Shown: positions 1 to 13,073 of the stretch, one piece after another
Layout: each line of letters opens with the position of its first letter
Position numbering within the stretch: position 1 is the first letter of the stretch
Origin: Vicugna vicugna
Taxonomy: Eukaryota
Reading direction: 5' to 3'
Length of the DNA stretch: 64,000 nucleotides
Assembly: GCA_013265495.1 (NCBI GenBank)
Contig: MU058444.1
Span: 2,170,001-2,234,000, forward strand
The notes under the pieces: generated by a model
What the model saw: only the letters and a program-made list of their open reading frames with translations
What the model was told of the DNA's origin: nothing
The model's database searches: none
Position numbers and translations under genes: made by a program

Positions 1-89
1 CCAGGAAACCCTCCCAGCAGTGAGTCACTCAAGGGGAGCTGGCACCTTATTCTGGACAAGTGGAGGCGAGTCGGTCCTGGTTTTCCTAA

Positions 90-248
90 TTTTTGTCTTT
101 TTTTTTTTTTGGAAGTATAATCAGTTACAATGTGTCAGTTTCTGGTGTACAGCAGCATGTCCCAGTCATGCATGTACATACATGTATTCATTTTCATATT
201 CTTTTTCATTGAAGGTTATTACAGGATATTGAATATAGTTCCCTGTGT
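90..248 (-). mobile_element. L1 3' end fragment
   Basis: Poly-T followed by reverse-complement L1 3' UTR (ctggtgtacagc...gaatatagttccctgtg). Confidence 0.8.
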
Positions 249-810
249 CCTGATTTTTCTTTTTAACTCAGCAGCCTACACCTACTTCTACGGAATGCTG
301 TTCTGTAAAGGAGGCAGATTATTACAGTGTTTACAGGGGGCACGGGTGTGGACACATGGGAGACTCATTATAGGTTTATAGGTGTCAAAGTCTCCAAAAT
401 AAAAAAAGAGGGAGAGAAGGGGAGGAGGCAGGGGAGAGAAACAAAAGGAAGAAAGGGAGAGAATAGGGGAGACGGGGTTTCCAGGCAAACAGACTGAATG
501 AGACCTTAGCTCTGCACCTTGGCAAACTTGAGGTTCCCCACTTGCAAAGTGGGTAAAGCAGCTCCTGCTCTAAGGGTCTCTGGGAGACGTGAAGGAGGTA
601 ACGCAACAGAAAGCCCATAACAGAATGCCTCAAATGCAGAAAGTTGTCAAAATATTAACTATTCCAGTTACTATCATTTTTATCATAATCGAATACGTCT
701 CTCGGTACGAGGCCTCTATTTAGGAAGAGATCCAGTTCTTCAACAACATGATACAATTTTTGCAAAACTAAAATAAATCACTGAGATCAAGAAATACATT
801 GTTTCAGCCA

Positions 811-1012
811 CTATATATAAAAATAGATTAAAAAACACAAATTTCTTCTGTATAGCATAGAGAACTATATTCAGTATTTTGTAATAACCTTTAATGAAAA
901 GGAATATGAAAACAAATACGTGCATGCATATGCATGACTGGGATACTGTGCTGTACACCAGAAAACTGACACATTGTAACTGACTTACTTGAATGAAAAA
1001 AAATTTTTTAAA
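811..1012 (+). mobile_element. L1 3' end fragment with TSD
   Basis: L1 3' UTR motifs, flanked by aagaaatacattgtttc(c)agcca at 789-810 and 1013-1035. Confidence 0.85.
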
Positions 1013-1074
1013 AAGAAATACATTGTTTCCAGCCAAGGTTTTCTGAGGATTTAGCTTCCTCTAAGGCAACAGGA

Positions 1075-1290
1075 GCGTGTATTCAGCAGCCAAGTGCTGG
1101 GGTTTGAATCCCAAGTCTGCCACTTGGTGGCTGGGTGTCTTTAAGCAAGTGTTTACTCTGGTTTCACTTCTGTCTGTAACCAGCCGAGGACAAGATTCCC
1201 TTATGGATGCTGTGAGGGTTAAATGAATTAATACATGTAAACTGCTTAGGACAGTAAGTGCTTTGTGAGTGTTAACTGGAGAGCTCATGG
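1075..1290 (+). mobile_element. MIR SINE remnant
   Basis: ggtttgaatcccaagtctgccactt...tgtgagggttaaatga...gcttaggacagt resembles the MIR core. Confidence 0.7.
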
Positions 1291-1551
1291 TTATCAGTTC
1301 TTACTGGGAAACTGTTTGCCACCCCAAACTTGGCCACTGCTAAACCCAGCTACTCACTAGAGTAACTAGGCGAGGGGGCTATGATTTGGAAGCTTGTGAG
1401 CTCTGAGTCTGAACTAAATCCTGACCTCACTAACCATCAAAGCTCCCTAGATATAATCTTGGTCCCCTCCTGGTAGAGTATATATGAGTTTACTGTCGGC
1501 AAAATCCAAAGACGTACCATAGCTCTGTGTGTCTGATTTTCTAAAACATTT

Positions 1552-1680
1552 TTGTTTGTTTTGTTTTGGGGGGGGCGTGTAATTATGTTTATTTATTTAT
1601 TTTAATGGAGGGACTGGGGATTGAACCCAGGACCTCATGCACGCTACACACGCACTCTATCACCGACCTATACTCTCCCC
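1552..1680 (-). mobile_element. Vic-1-type tRNA-derived SINE
   Basis: Reverse complement of the GGTATAG..GTGGTAGAG..GAGGTCCTGGGTTCAATCCCCAG head plus the aaataaacctaattacc-type tail. Confidence 0.8.
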
Positions 1681-2091
1681 TTGCAGTGATTTTTTTTTAA
1701 TTGAACGTTAATTGAACGTTTTATTGTGATTTATAGACAGTTGTAAGGAATAATACAGAGCAATCCTGTGTAGCCCTACCCAGTTCCCCCGAGACAGGAG
1801 GGAAGCAGGCAGGGCACAACCATGGAAGGAATGACACAGCCACTGAAGACAGGACACAAACTGGTTAGAGCCAAGTTAGCGGAAGGTCCAACTCCCAGTA
1901 GACCTGGAGGCCCAGGGTGGTGGAAGGCTCGACTTCCAGTTGATTTTCTTTTTACTTGTCTGTATTTGTTAATGTTCTGCCTTCCACATGCATTGCTTTT
2001 ATAATAATAATAGCTTATTTTTAAATTTAGAAATGAAAGAAACACTTCTCATATTTGTCTAAGGAAAAAAAACATAACACCAAGTCCATAC

Positions 2092-2258
2092 CTGTATTTA
2101 TGAATGATGGCATTAAATAGTTTTCCATCTCTCCAGCAGGTAGTGAAATTCTCACACCTAATGCCCGCATAACCCTCTGTTGCCTGCTGGGTCCACAGTA
2201 ACAGTCTCTCTTTCGCGGACATGTCCTCCGACTCTCCAGTAACATGGATATCAGATAT
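2092..2258 (-). CDS. DST: DST coding exon, CH1-CH2 linker and start of CH2 ([56 protein letters not shown])
   Basis: 167 nt; acceptor ttcag|ATATCT, donor TACAG|gtatgg; open frame, phase 0 start. Confidence 0.96.
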
Positions 2259-3232
2259 CTGAACGTAACAGAAAAGGTTAAACCATTAGGAAGGAAGGAC
2301 GCTAAGGCAGATTAAGAACCTACTACATGCCAAGCACTTTACAAGCGCTATTGTACTCCGTCCTTGTTGTAAGCCGAGTATATGTTCCCCGTTTCTCATA
2401 CAGGGGAAGTGAGTTTCAAAGAGGTTAATAGATTGAAAAGTCAGGTTTAACCCAAGCATCTCAGTTTTTTTTATATCGAAACGTCCCAACATTGAAGGTT
2501 CCACATTCCTCTTTACTAATCAGATCTGTCAAAACAACTTAAGGGAATGTTTTACCACGTTCAAATGGATCAAAGTAGAGCCTACAAAGTGATCCTACGT
2601 TACCGCCCGCAGAGCAGAATTGGACCCAACAGGTGTTCTGTGTAAAGGACAAAGAAGGAAAACACATCTCTCCAGTGAACCACATTACAGAGCTGTTTGG
2701 CCTAAAGTCTAATTTTCTCATGAGTCCTAGCTGATCTTATGCAACATGAACCCTCCAGAAAATGACTTCCCTCTATACTTTGTATTCACTAATTTTTTGA
2801 AAAGTCTCTTCCATCAAATGATAATAAAACAGGTCACCAGCTCACACGACTTGTGTTTTCTCAAGTAGCCCTTTGACAAGGGTCCTACTTAACCTGGATA
2901 ATGACATGAAGACCCACTGACCCTGGAAGGCCCCCACAGCGATTCCCAAACTGGGATTCACACCGACAAACAGCCGTTCCCTCAATCAGCATAGGCTACA
3001 AAGCCCTGTCAAGGGCCCGGGGGGCCAGCCAGGGTCAGGAGGAGCAAACAGAGCCAGGAAGCCAGGCGCAGGGAGGGCCCCGTCAACCTGCAGCAGGAAA
3101 AAAAAATCCCTGAAGTCACGACACTGGTCTCATAGCTTTGAACACGTCACTTCACGTCTGTGAGTCAGCATCCTTATCTACCAATGGAGGAGGTAGGAGG
3201 CAGAAGCAGATAACATTTAAGACTCTTTTCAG

Positions 3233-3348
3233 AGAATATGAAAATGAATCTATGCATGTATATGCATGACTGGGACACTGTGCTGTACACCAGAAACTGA
3301 CACATTGTAACTGACTATAACTTCAATTTTTTAAAATTGGGGGGAAAA
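3233..3348 (+). mobile_element. L1 3' end fragment with 14-bp TSD
   Basis: TSD aagactcttttcag at 3219-3232 and 3349-3362. Confidence 0.85.
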
Positions 3349-3612
3349 AAGACTCTTTTCAGTCTGAAGTCTGAGAGACTGAGAGACTATAAATATAACA
3401 TGGAAGGCAGAGGTCCAAACAGGCAGTCAAGCAACTGAAAGTAGAAAACTTCAAAACCCAGACTAAAGAAAGCCTTTACACTGGGCGATGCTGGGCTCAA
3501 GCAGGAAGCCCTTTACTCCTACTGCGGCCACAGGAGCCAGAGGCCAGCCAACCCAGGGACCTGTGGCAGAGACGCACAGCAGTTAAGTCCACACCAGACC
3601 CACCAGCCCTGA

Positions 3613-3628
3613 CAGCGCCCCCTGGGGG
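3613..3628 (-). promoter_or_regulatory. Candidate CTCF site
   Basis: Minus strand CCCCCAGGGGGCGCTG, one mismatch to CCACCAGGGGGCGC; motif only. Confidence 0.35.
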
Positions 3629-3749
3629 GTGGGGACTCAGGCCCACCAGCCTCTCTCCATCCAGTACTGGGTGGGGCAGCCCTGCCATGGGAGCTCCCCT
3701 CCCAGCCACAGCCATAGATGGCCAGGATTTGAAAGTGGAACAGTGTTTC

Positions 3750-3849
3750 ATGCACCTCAATTTTCACAGCAGCACTATTTACAACAGCCAAGACACGGAA
3801 ACAACCTAAATGTCCATCAACAGATGACTGCATAAATAAGTTGTGGTAT

Positions 3850-3905
<56 letters not shown>

Positions 3906-4315
3906 GGACTACTACTCAGCCATAAAAAATAATGAAATGATGCCATTTGCAGCAACATGGATGTCCCTAGAGATTGTCATTCTAAGTCAAGCAGGCCAGA
4001 AAGAGAAAGAAAAATTTCATATGGTATCACTTATATGTAGAATCTTAAAAAAGGACACAAATGAACTTATTTACGAAACAGAAATAGAGTCACAGACATA
4101 GAGAACACACTTACAGTTACCAGCAGGGAAAGGGGGTGGGAAGGGATAAACTGGGGGTCTGAAATTCGCACCTCTTGGGGAGTGAAGGAAATGTGAGCTA
4201 TCTTGACTGTGGTGGGGGTCTCGTGGCTGTATACATCTATCAAAGTTCATCCAATTGTACATTTGAAGTATGTATAGTTCACTGTACAGGAACCATACAA
4301 CAATAAAGGTGCTGA
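3750..4315 (+). mobile_element. L1 3' portion with hybrid 3' end and internal (CA)n at about 3859-3903
   Basis: cacagcagcactatttacaacagccaagac...atgccatttgcagcaacatggatg...gggaagggataaa; polyA signal aataaa near 4302. Confidence 0.85.
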
Positions 4316-4409
4316 AGAAAGAAAAGGAAAGGAAAGGAAAGGGAAGAAAGAAGAAAGAAAAGGAAGGAAGGAAGGAAGGAAGGAAGGAAGGAAGGAAGGA
4401 AGGAAGGAA

Positions 4410-4499
<90 letters not shown>
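4316..4499. repeat. (GGAA)n(GAAA)n compound microsatellite grown from the L1 tail
   Basis: Directly visible tetranucleotide arrays. Confidence 0.95.
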
Positions 4500-5431
4500 G
4501 GAGCGGTGTCTCAAAGCAGTGTCTCTCCTAGGAATCTGTCCTAATCTCCATGGCACAGGAAAGAACTGTGTGTATGAACATGTTATATACAATATACGTG
4601 TAAAGGATCTCTTTCTCTCTGTCTCTTTTTTTAACATGGGGGAAGAAAAGAGCTGAAAACCACCCAACTTCCAGCTGATAGTCTAGCCGAGAATCACACT
4701 GCCAAGCCTCTCTGGCACATCCCGGGAGTCCAAACCCCCATTTCTCCCACCTCCACGCTCGAGTTAGTCACCTGCCCCAGGACTACGCTCTCGCCTGTAA
4801 AACTGGGTTGACAACAGTTACCACTGTGTTGTGAAAATTCAACAACACGGACCCAGAGTAACGCCTGGCACATGGTAAGTACACGCTCAATTTGTTGGCC
4901 ATTTTATTGCTGTGGTGGTCAGTATTCTTTTTGACAAAAGGAGAAGCAAAAACTTGGCTTTATTAGTCTTCTGATTCTCTTAGGAAAAGGAGTGAAAGAT
5001 AAGGGTTTTAAATTTGCTGCCTCCAGCGAACTGAAATCTTGGCAAGCCAGGTTTCGAGAAACCAGTCAAGGAAACTGCAAATGAAAAGCTGAACCTCTAG
5101 GTAAAATTTCACAACAGCTTTGACAGATTATAAAAATCAGTTGCCTCCGGAAACTCTGAGGATGCTGGATGGAGCTATGTGGGTGGTATTTACAGCTAAA
5201 TAAAGAGGATGATAGCTGGGCAGGGGTGGGGACTGGTTTCTGCCGGGTCAAGAACATTCTACGCTAGTCCAGTCACAAAGGTGGCTCCTATTGACAAAGG
5301 AAGCCGGCTCATTTTGACCAAAGGTAAGTTTAATAGGATGCAGTACAGCCCAGGACACCAGGGGAAGGATATTAAGGAAGAAGAGTTTAGAGGTCTGAAG
5401 ATGGCTACATACCAACCAGGAGAAAATAATA

Positions 5432-5558
5432 TTTTTTTTAGGGGGTGGGTAATTAGGTTTATTTATTTAGTCACTTTTTAATAGATGTAATGGGGATTGA
5501 ACCCAGGACCTCGTGCACACTAAGCACGCATTCTACCACTGAGCTATACCCTCCCCCT
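5432..5558 (-). mobile_element. Vic-1-type SINE with TSD
   Basis: tRNA-like A/B boxes; TSD agaaaataata at 5421-5431 and 5559-5569. Confidence 0.88.
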
Positions 5559-6194
5559 AGAAAATAATACATTCTTACTAAGTAAGTCCCCAGTAGAGGA
5601 ATTTCAGAACGTTACTCTCACACACACTACAGGAGACCACTAGGCATGGATACACTATTTTCAAGGCTATCATTTTAAAGTGAGTATTCAAATCTGTTAG
5701 GAACCAAACTTCAACATCTCAAAGATGGCTAACACGTTAACTCCTTCAGCTTCTCCTGTGATTTCCAATTACTTATTACCCCCACGTGGAAATCAAGGCA
5801 TTTTTAGATATATTGTTACCATCAGCCACTATCTGTATGAATATGTCAAACTTTTTGTGATACGGTGACACTAAAAATAAATCAAACGCTAAGCACTGTG
5901 AGTCTGCAGCTGTCACTCAGGACTCCTACAGTAAAATGTGAGCATTCAGCAAAGTAGCATGAAGCCTCCACCCGTGGCAGGCCAGGTCGGATTCTGGGAG
6001 GTAGGCAAGCCTCCTCCCTTCAAATCCTGGAGGCGCACAGAGATCAGAGAAGGTGTCAATTCTGCTGCCCGGGTTTAAATCCCAGCTCCAACAGTTAACG
6101 GGATTATGACCCGAGAGCGACTCACACAGTCTCTCCAAAATCCACTTTGCTCATCTGTAAAACTTAAATGATGACGTCATAATGTCTACGTCCA

Positions 6195-6800
6195 CATCTG
6201 TAATGGAGTATTACTCAGCCATAAAAAGAGGGAACTACTGACACAGGCAACAACTTGGATAAATCTCCAGGAACTTTTGTTGAGTGAGGAAAGTCAATCT
6301 TAGAGGTTATATATGCTTCTATGTATATATCATTCCTGAAATGACAGAATTACAGAAATGGGTAACAGATGGTTGCCAGGGGTTATGGAGAGAATGGGGG
6401 TCGGAGGGAGGTCGATCTGGCTACAAAAGGGCACCCTTAGATGACTCTTGGTCATCTTGTGGTGACGGAAGTGGCTTTTATCTTTACTGTATCAATGTCA
6501 ATACTGTATCCATGTTGTGACATTGTTCCGTGATCTGGAAGGTGTTAGTTACCATTGAGGGGAAATTGGGTAAAGTATAGACAGGTATCTCTGCTTTATT
6601 TCTTGGGGTTTTTTTCTTGTTTTTTTTTTTCTTTTTTCTTTCTTTTTTTTTTTTTATGGCGGTACTGGGGATTGAACCTAGGACCTCATGCATGCTAAAC
6701 ATGCACTCTACCACTGAGCTATCCCCTCTCCCCACCGTTTAATTTCTTATAACTGTGTGTAAATCTACAACTATCTCCAAATAATAAACATCTAAATTAA
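6195..6800 (+). mobile_element. Old L1 3' end, interrupted by a minus-strand Vic-1-type SINE at about 6610-6735
   Basis: aatggagtattactcagccataaaaaga...ggttgccagggg...aactgtgtgtaaatctacaactatctccaaa; SINE head ggggattgaacctaggacctcatgcatgc. Confidence 0.75.
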
Positions 6801-9719
6801 ATAAATAAATAATGTCTGCCTGCCCCAGCGGTTCTAAAGACTAGATAAAATAATTCCCAGCAAGGGCGTAGCACAGTGCACAGCAGGCAGAAAATCCCTA
6901 CAAATATTAGCTTCTTCCACTGCAGTTTCATTAGCAGGATCTGCAGCTTTCAGCCTCCTCCTGACAATCCGTCAGCAAGCATCAAACACAAACAAAATGC
7001 TTTCAACCCGAGTTCCTTTCGGAAACTCAAAGCCCTCGTTCCTCTCATCCAGGTCACTGCTGGCTGCCACCCAAGGGCAAGTTCTTCCTGCCACTGAGCC
7101 TCTCTGGCCGCATTTCATCCCTGCTTCAGCTCTCCTGACCCAGCTGACCTCCACTCCCAACTTTCCAGAAGGATCTATTCCATGGGAAACAAAGTCTCCT
7201 CCCCCTTCAAGACCGTGCGTGCACTGCGTCTACCTTTATAACGAAGCAGGTCTCCCCACTGCATTAACCCAAGCCCCAGACACCACCAGGCCCACAGGCA
7301 GGGCAAGAGTTTTCTAACTCCCCCAATAATGCAAAACCAGTCGTTTTCACACCTTTACCCCAGGGGACAAAGACGCGTTTCCACCTGGTAGGCCATCTTG
7401 GGGGCCACCTTCTTCACCTTCTCAAAATGATGCCCACATTCCCCAAAGGTCAGACACCAGGCAGAGTGCATGCACCCGGCTCCATCCAGCACCCCATCCT
7501 CACCCCACCCTTTGTCTTCTCTCCACTTGGACCGTTGGCGCATCCTGCATCTCATCGCCTGGAACCAGATCAAGCCCAACTCGGGGATTTAACCTCCGAC
7601 AGCAGGGTCCTGTTCTTCTAGTACGTGCTTTCCCTGCCTCCGCCTAAACCAACGGGCAGGCCCGTCGACAGCTCACGTTCCTCGAGTGGCCCAGCTGTGC
7701 CCCAGTCTTTGAGCCTGGCTGTATCTCCACCTCCTCCTCTATCCACTCGGTTCCGCGTAACCCATCACTTGAATACCCTCAGCTCCCTCACACCCTGTCC
7801 TGACGCTGCCACCACTCAGCCAAACCGCAACCTGATCACGGCAGCAGTACGCCATCTCCACCCTTGTCCGTGGTAAAAACTGGTGTAGAGAAAGCCGCAC
7901 CAGCCACGGACCACTGCCTCCGTGAGTCCCAGGTCTGATCCAGCCTGGCGCTCCAACGGCCCCGGCCATCCTTCTCTGTGTCCTGGACGGCTGGGTGTCT
8001 GTCCCTCCCAGTCTGTCCGTCAGTGCTTCGGCATTTGCTGAAACTCCTCCCCCACCACCTCTTCTTCCATGTTCAGCATCACTTTCGCGTCTTCTTCTTT
8101 ACAGAGAGAACATCGCCGGCTTCCCTGCCCTGTTAGCCGTGAACCAGGCTTCCGCTCCTGTGACCCCCCCCCCGCCTCCTGGGGGTCTCGCTATCAGTTC
8201 ACCCCCTCATCTGGGTCTTTGCTCTCAGTATGTAAAAATGTCCGAGTCTCTTCCACCCTAAAACAAATTAAAATAAATTACTTTCATCAACTCCCTTCCT
8301 TCCACACTTCTCACCATCTCTCTCTCTCCTCTGTGAAGCAACTGGAAAAACACAGTCCGTAATTTTTCATCTTTATGATCTTTACGCCTCACCCTGTTGA
8401 GACTTTGCTCCAATGCCAGACCCTCCACGAAAACGAAGGAGGTGACCAGACAAAAGGGAAGGAGCTCTTGCTCAATGCTCCATTTTCCCAATAAAGAAGG
8501 AAATCAGATCGTTTGTGGAACGTAACAGAGGAACAGGTTCAGGAGGAGACCGGGCACTGAACCATGTCGTGGGGGTCAGCTGTCACCTCCCCGTTACAGT
8601 CTCACTAACTCAAGGACACTCACGAGTGTCTGCCTGCACCACTGCTAGGCTGGGCCACAGCCATCCTCACGGAGCTTCCAGTCCAGTGACAGAAAGACAA
8701 CGTGGACAAGGAGTCCAGCGCCTCCAGTTTGAACCTGATCTCGCTGAGGCATGCGTCCCTAGGGGTCACTCCTCCCTGACTCTCCTGCCTTCCTGGCCAG
8801 CCCCCCGCTGCCCACCCTTTAATGCTGCTCCTGAGGCTCCGCCCCCAGCCCTCCTTTCTCGCTTTCCCAGGGATAATCGCAGCTCCTGCACTGGCTCTGA
8901 CCACCCCCCTCACACTGCAGACTCCCAGATCCTGACCTCCCACCCACACCTTCCCCAAAACTCAAGATCTGTAACTTCCAACTCCCTAGCAAATATCTCT
9001 GTTGAAATTGTAAAACTAACCACTGACAAAGCACTCAGACGTTGTGCAGAGCACTTCATGGATATGACCTCTTACCATCCTCACAACACGAATCTCATTT
9101 TATAAATGTGAGAGAGGCACAGAGTGGCCACACGCTGCGCTTAAGTTCACACCACTACTGACAGGTAAAGGAGAACTTGAACTTGAACCTACAGGCTTCA
9201 GGGCGGCTACCCTTAACCACCTTGCAGCATCTCACCATCTCTTCAAGCTGAGTTTCTCTGGCCCCAGCCCATGCTTCCTTCCGTATTCCTAGCCCAGAGA
9301 AAGGCCCCACCTTCACCCAGCTGCCCCCAAATCAAAGGTCTGATCTGAAGTCACCCTTGATGCCTCTCCCCTGCCTGCACCTGCATCCAGTGGGTCCCAC
9401 CACCCCAGGCAGCCACATCTCTCCTCCCTCCCCTTCCACACCCCCTCTAAAAACTCCTCATGCCCGGCCACACGGCTTCTACCTCCTGTCCCTGCAGAAC
9501 ACCCTCCCCGCTCCCTCTGCCCCTTCACTCCCCCTTCTCCTGGAGGCACCCTCGCTGACTCCACCTCCAGGGTCTGCGTGAGATGTTCCATCATCCCCAG
9601 TGCTTGCGGCGCACATACGTCCTGTTACGACAACAGCACATCCACACATCACTATTACCTGTCGGTGTGTCCCATTCTCCCTCTAAGAGGCGCAAATATA
9701 TTCAAAAGAACAGGGTCTT

Positions 9720-10350
9720 AAAGACACCTGCACCCCCATGTTCATAGCAGCACTATTTACAATAGCCAAGACACGGAAACAACTTACATGTCCATCAACA
9801 GATGACCGGATAAAGAAGCTGTGATATATATATATATATAAATGGAATGCTACTCAGCCATAAAAATAAACAAATAATGTCATTTGCAGCAACATGGATG
9901 GACCTGGAGATGGTCATTCTAAGTGAAGTCAGCCAGAAAAAGAAAGAACAATACCATATGATACCATTTATATATGGAATCTTAAAAAAAAAAAAAGCCA
10001 AAAGGACTTACTTACAGAAACAGACTCACAGACACAGAAAACAAACTTATGGTTACGGGGGGGGGGGCAGCGGGAAGGGATAAATTGGGAGTTCAAGATT
10101 TTCAGATACTAATGTATATAAAACAGATGAACACGTTTGTACTGTACAGCACAGGGAACCATACTCAGTAACCTGTAGTAACTTATGGCAAAAGGGAATA
10201 TGAAAACGAATGTACGTCTGCTCCTGTACGACTGAAACATTGCGCTGCGCACCAGAAATTGACATACCATTGTAAACTGACTATACTTCAATAGAAATAT
10301 ATTCAAATTTTTTAAAAATTAAAAATTAAAACCTAAACACACAAAAATAA
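9720..10350 (+). mobile_element. L1 3' portion with A-rich tail
   Basis: aaagacacctgcacccccatgttcatagcagcactatt...gactatacttcaata; short TSD agggtctt. Confidence 0.88.
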
Positions 10351-11415
10351 AAGGGTCTTGGTCCTCTTAGTACTAACTGTGCCCACCTCAGCTGGCGCCT
10401 GGCACATACTAGATGCTCAGTAAATGCCCAGTGAACCCAGGACTCCATGACTGAGCTGGGCACTCTGGGAACCTGTGTTAACTCGCCAGACCATCAGGAC
10501 ATCCCCGTTCCTCCCGCTCTACCATACACGCCAGGGTCCCACACGGGGAGGAGAGGCTTATTACCTGTGCTGGACATGCAGCCCCCGACCAGCAAAACTG
10601 CCCCACTCCTAAAGCAGGTGTGTGTCTGCTTCCTATTTACACAATAGAAATGACATAGCTGACCACACTTCTCAAAAATTTATTTTGGCAATGTGTTAAA
10701 AGAACAAATATCTAGCATGCCCCCCAAGTCCAAGGAGAGGGTGATGGGAGGAGGTCGACACGCTTGAATTAAGACGCCTCCGTGTCCTAAGTCCAGTGCA
10801 CACCCATGTCAGTCTCGACAGTATCTTTTAAGACACCATCGCGATGGGTCTAAAGTGACACCTCACCTCAGGAAAGCTTCCTCCCTCCTCCAGAACTGAG
10901 TCTCGCTGTCAGAAACCTGAGGTTCGTATGAACTGTCACGTCTTGGTCTGCAACTCAAGAGCTTCCTAGTCTACTGATATTCAAAAAGATTCTTGTGGCT
11001 TATTTTAACTTTTCAATTGAACAGGCGACTTCACTGACCTTTTTTCAGGCTTAGCTGCTTTAAATGTGAAATACCAGTTAGCAGTGCATCACAGGCGCTG
11101 CTTCAAGCTTACTTTTTTTTTTTTGCTTTCAATTTACTTTTATTATCAGATACAACTCATTCCACTCCCATAAGAAGATGGTAATTGGGTTAAAGGAAAT
11201 TAGCAAACGCCCACACTTGGCATACTCTTTGCTACAGACACAGACAATGCACAGCCCAAATCTTCATTCTGCTTGAGTTGCCAGGGTCTAATGTCCTTTC
11301 CTCCCCAAAGAGTAAAACCTAGAACCTAGGGGCCCCAAGAATAAAGAGGCCACCATTTCTGTTTGTCTTTTCACTCCATGTACGCAAGAACAAAAATTGG
11401 AATTCAAAAAAAAGG

Positions 11416-11560
11416 AGGGGGGAGGGTAGAGCTCGGTGGCAGAGTGTGCGCTGACCAGGCACGAGGTCCTGGGTTCAATCCCCAGCACCTCCATTATAAA
11501 CAAACAAACAGACCTAATTACACCCCCAAATACACACATAAATAAATAAAAACGGTAATA
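11416..11560 (+). mobile_element. Vic-1-type SINE
   Basis: gggagggtagagctcggtggcagag...gaggtcctgggttcaatccccagcacctcc...cctaattac. Confidence 0.85.
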
Positions 11561-12376
11561 AATGTACTTTAAAAAACTGGAATAAAAAAAAACTGAAAAC
11601 AAAACATTGCTACCAACAGCAAAAGCCCTCATAGCCTCTCCTCCATTCGCCTCTCTGCCCACGGCCCCTCCAGCCTCAGGCACAACTCTGCTGCCCCCGC
11701 TCCTCGCTCTCGGCCGAGCTGGGACAGCATCCTCTGATGGAAACCCTGAGAACTGGACCTGGAAACTGGAAGAAGAGGGTGCAGGGGCTGCGGGACAGGC
11801 TGGCGGTGGGGGCGCGGGGACTGGCTATCGGATTCCAACACAGGAAACTTCAATTCCTGACCCCCGTGCACATCGCCAGACCCAGGCCTGCTCTCGGTGA
11901 GTCAAAGACGAGCTAGTTTCACTGGGCAGCCCTGACCGCGTGCCTCAGAGAGCCCCCAGGGCCACAGGCTCAACACACCGCTGAAGAACACAGTAAATTC
12001 CCGCAAACAAGCAGATCACTGGGCTTCTGCAACCTGGGAGCCAAAGACGCCGGCGCTGGAACTCGAAGCCCAAAAGGATGAGTTGCTCCAAGTCTTCTTA
12101 AACGGCCTCACGAGTGCCGAGTTGTCCTGCCAAATACATGCTCACCTGCAAGTGTCCCACAAACCCGGGGGGAAAGTTCCCAACACCAGGGGTGCGTTAG
12201 CTGCCCCGAGCCTGTCCCAAAGGGAGAAGAGGCTCTTCTAAGAGCCCCGTTTCCTCCCTTTCCCCACTACCAACCACTGAGCTGAAGAAACCATTATCTT
12301 TACTCTGGACCACATCCTCTAGTCTCCAGTGTCAACACCAACATCTTTTAAGACACAGTTACATGGGGGAAGGGGG

Positions 12377-12541
12377 TGGGGGATACAGCTCAAGTGGTAG
12401 AGCCCATGCTTAGCATGCACGAGGTCCTGGGTTCAATCCCCGGTGCCTCCAAATATAAATAAATAAGTAAAAATAATTACCTCTGCCTCATAAAACAAAC
12501 AAAAAAGTAAAAAGAAAAAGTCTTAAAAATCATTTTAAAAA
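12377..12541 (+). mobile_element. Vic-1-type SINE
   Basis: ggatacagctcaagtggtagagcccatgcttagcatgcacgaggtcctgggttcaatcccc; TSD aagacacag. Confidence 0.88.
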
Positions 12542-12924
12542 AAAGACACAGGACAGACCTAGAATAACACGGGGCTCGGGAGAGCTCCCCCCTTCTTCTG
12601 GAACGAAGCCTTGATGTCTGGACTAGTGACAGACTCATGGCTAGTCTCGCCGCACCAAGGCGTGCCCTCCGCTCCCCTCCCGACTCAGCTGCTCCTTACT
12701 CCGCAGACACACAACTCCAGTTCAGTCTCAGCTGATGGGTCCAGACTCGAGCCATTCTCTTTCTAGTCCACGATCAAACCACATGGACTTCAAACCACGT
12801 GGACAAACCACGCGGACCACACACGCCCTCTCTCCAAGCTCCTTCTCCCCTTGAAACATTCTCTCTCTACTCTGTCCAGCGGGCACAGGCTAGATGCTCA
12901 GTAATTATCTGCTGAATAAGGAGC

Positions 12925-13073
12925 AGGAGGGAGGGAGGGAGAGAGGACGGAAGGAAAGGAAGAAGGAAGGGAGGGAGAGAGAATGGATGGAAGGAAGGAA
13001 GGGAAGGAAAGAAGGAAGGGTGGGAGGGAGAGAGGAAGGATGGAAGGGAAGGAGGGATGGAGGGAGAGAGAGA
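12925..13073. repeat. GA-rich (GGAA/GGAG) degenerate microsatellite
   Basis: Directly visible polypurine tract. Confidence 0.85.

Noticed and set aside
4071..4667. 198-aa (-) and 128-aa (+) ORFs
   Set aside because: They are open only because they run through the GGAA/GAAA microsatellite and an L1 tail.
8515..9105. 196-aa ORF (likewise 26047-26646, 199 aa)
   Set aside because: Low-complexity P/S/L-rich translation of C-rich, probably L2-derived intron; no domain or exon structure.
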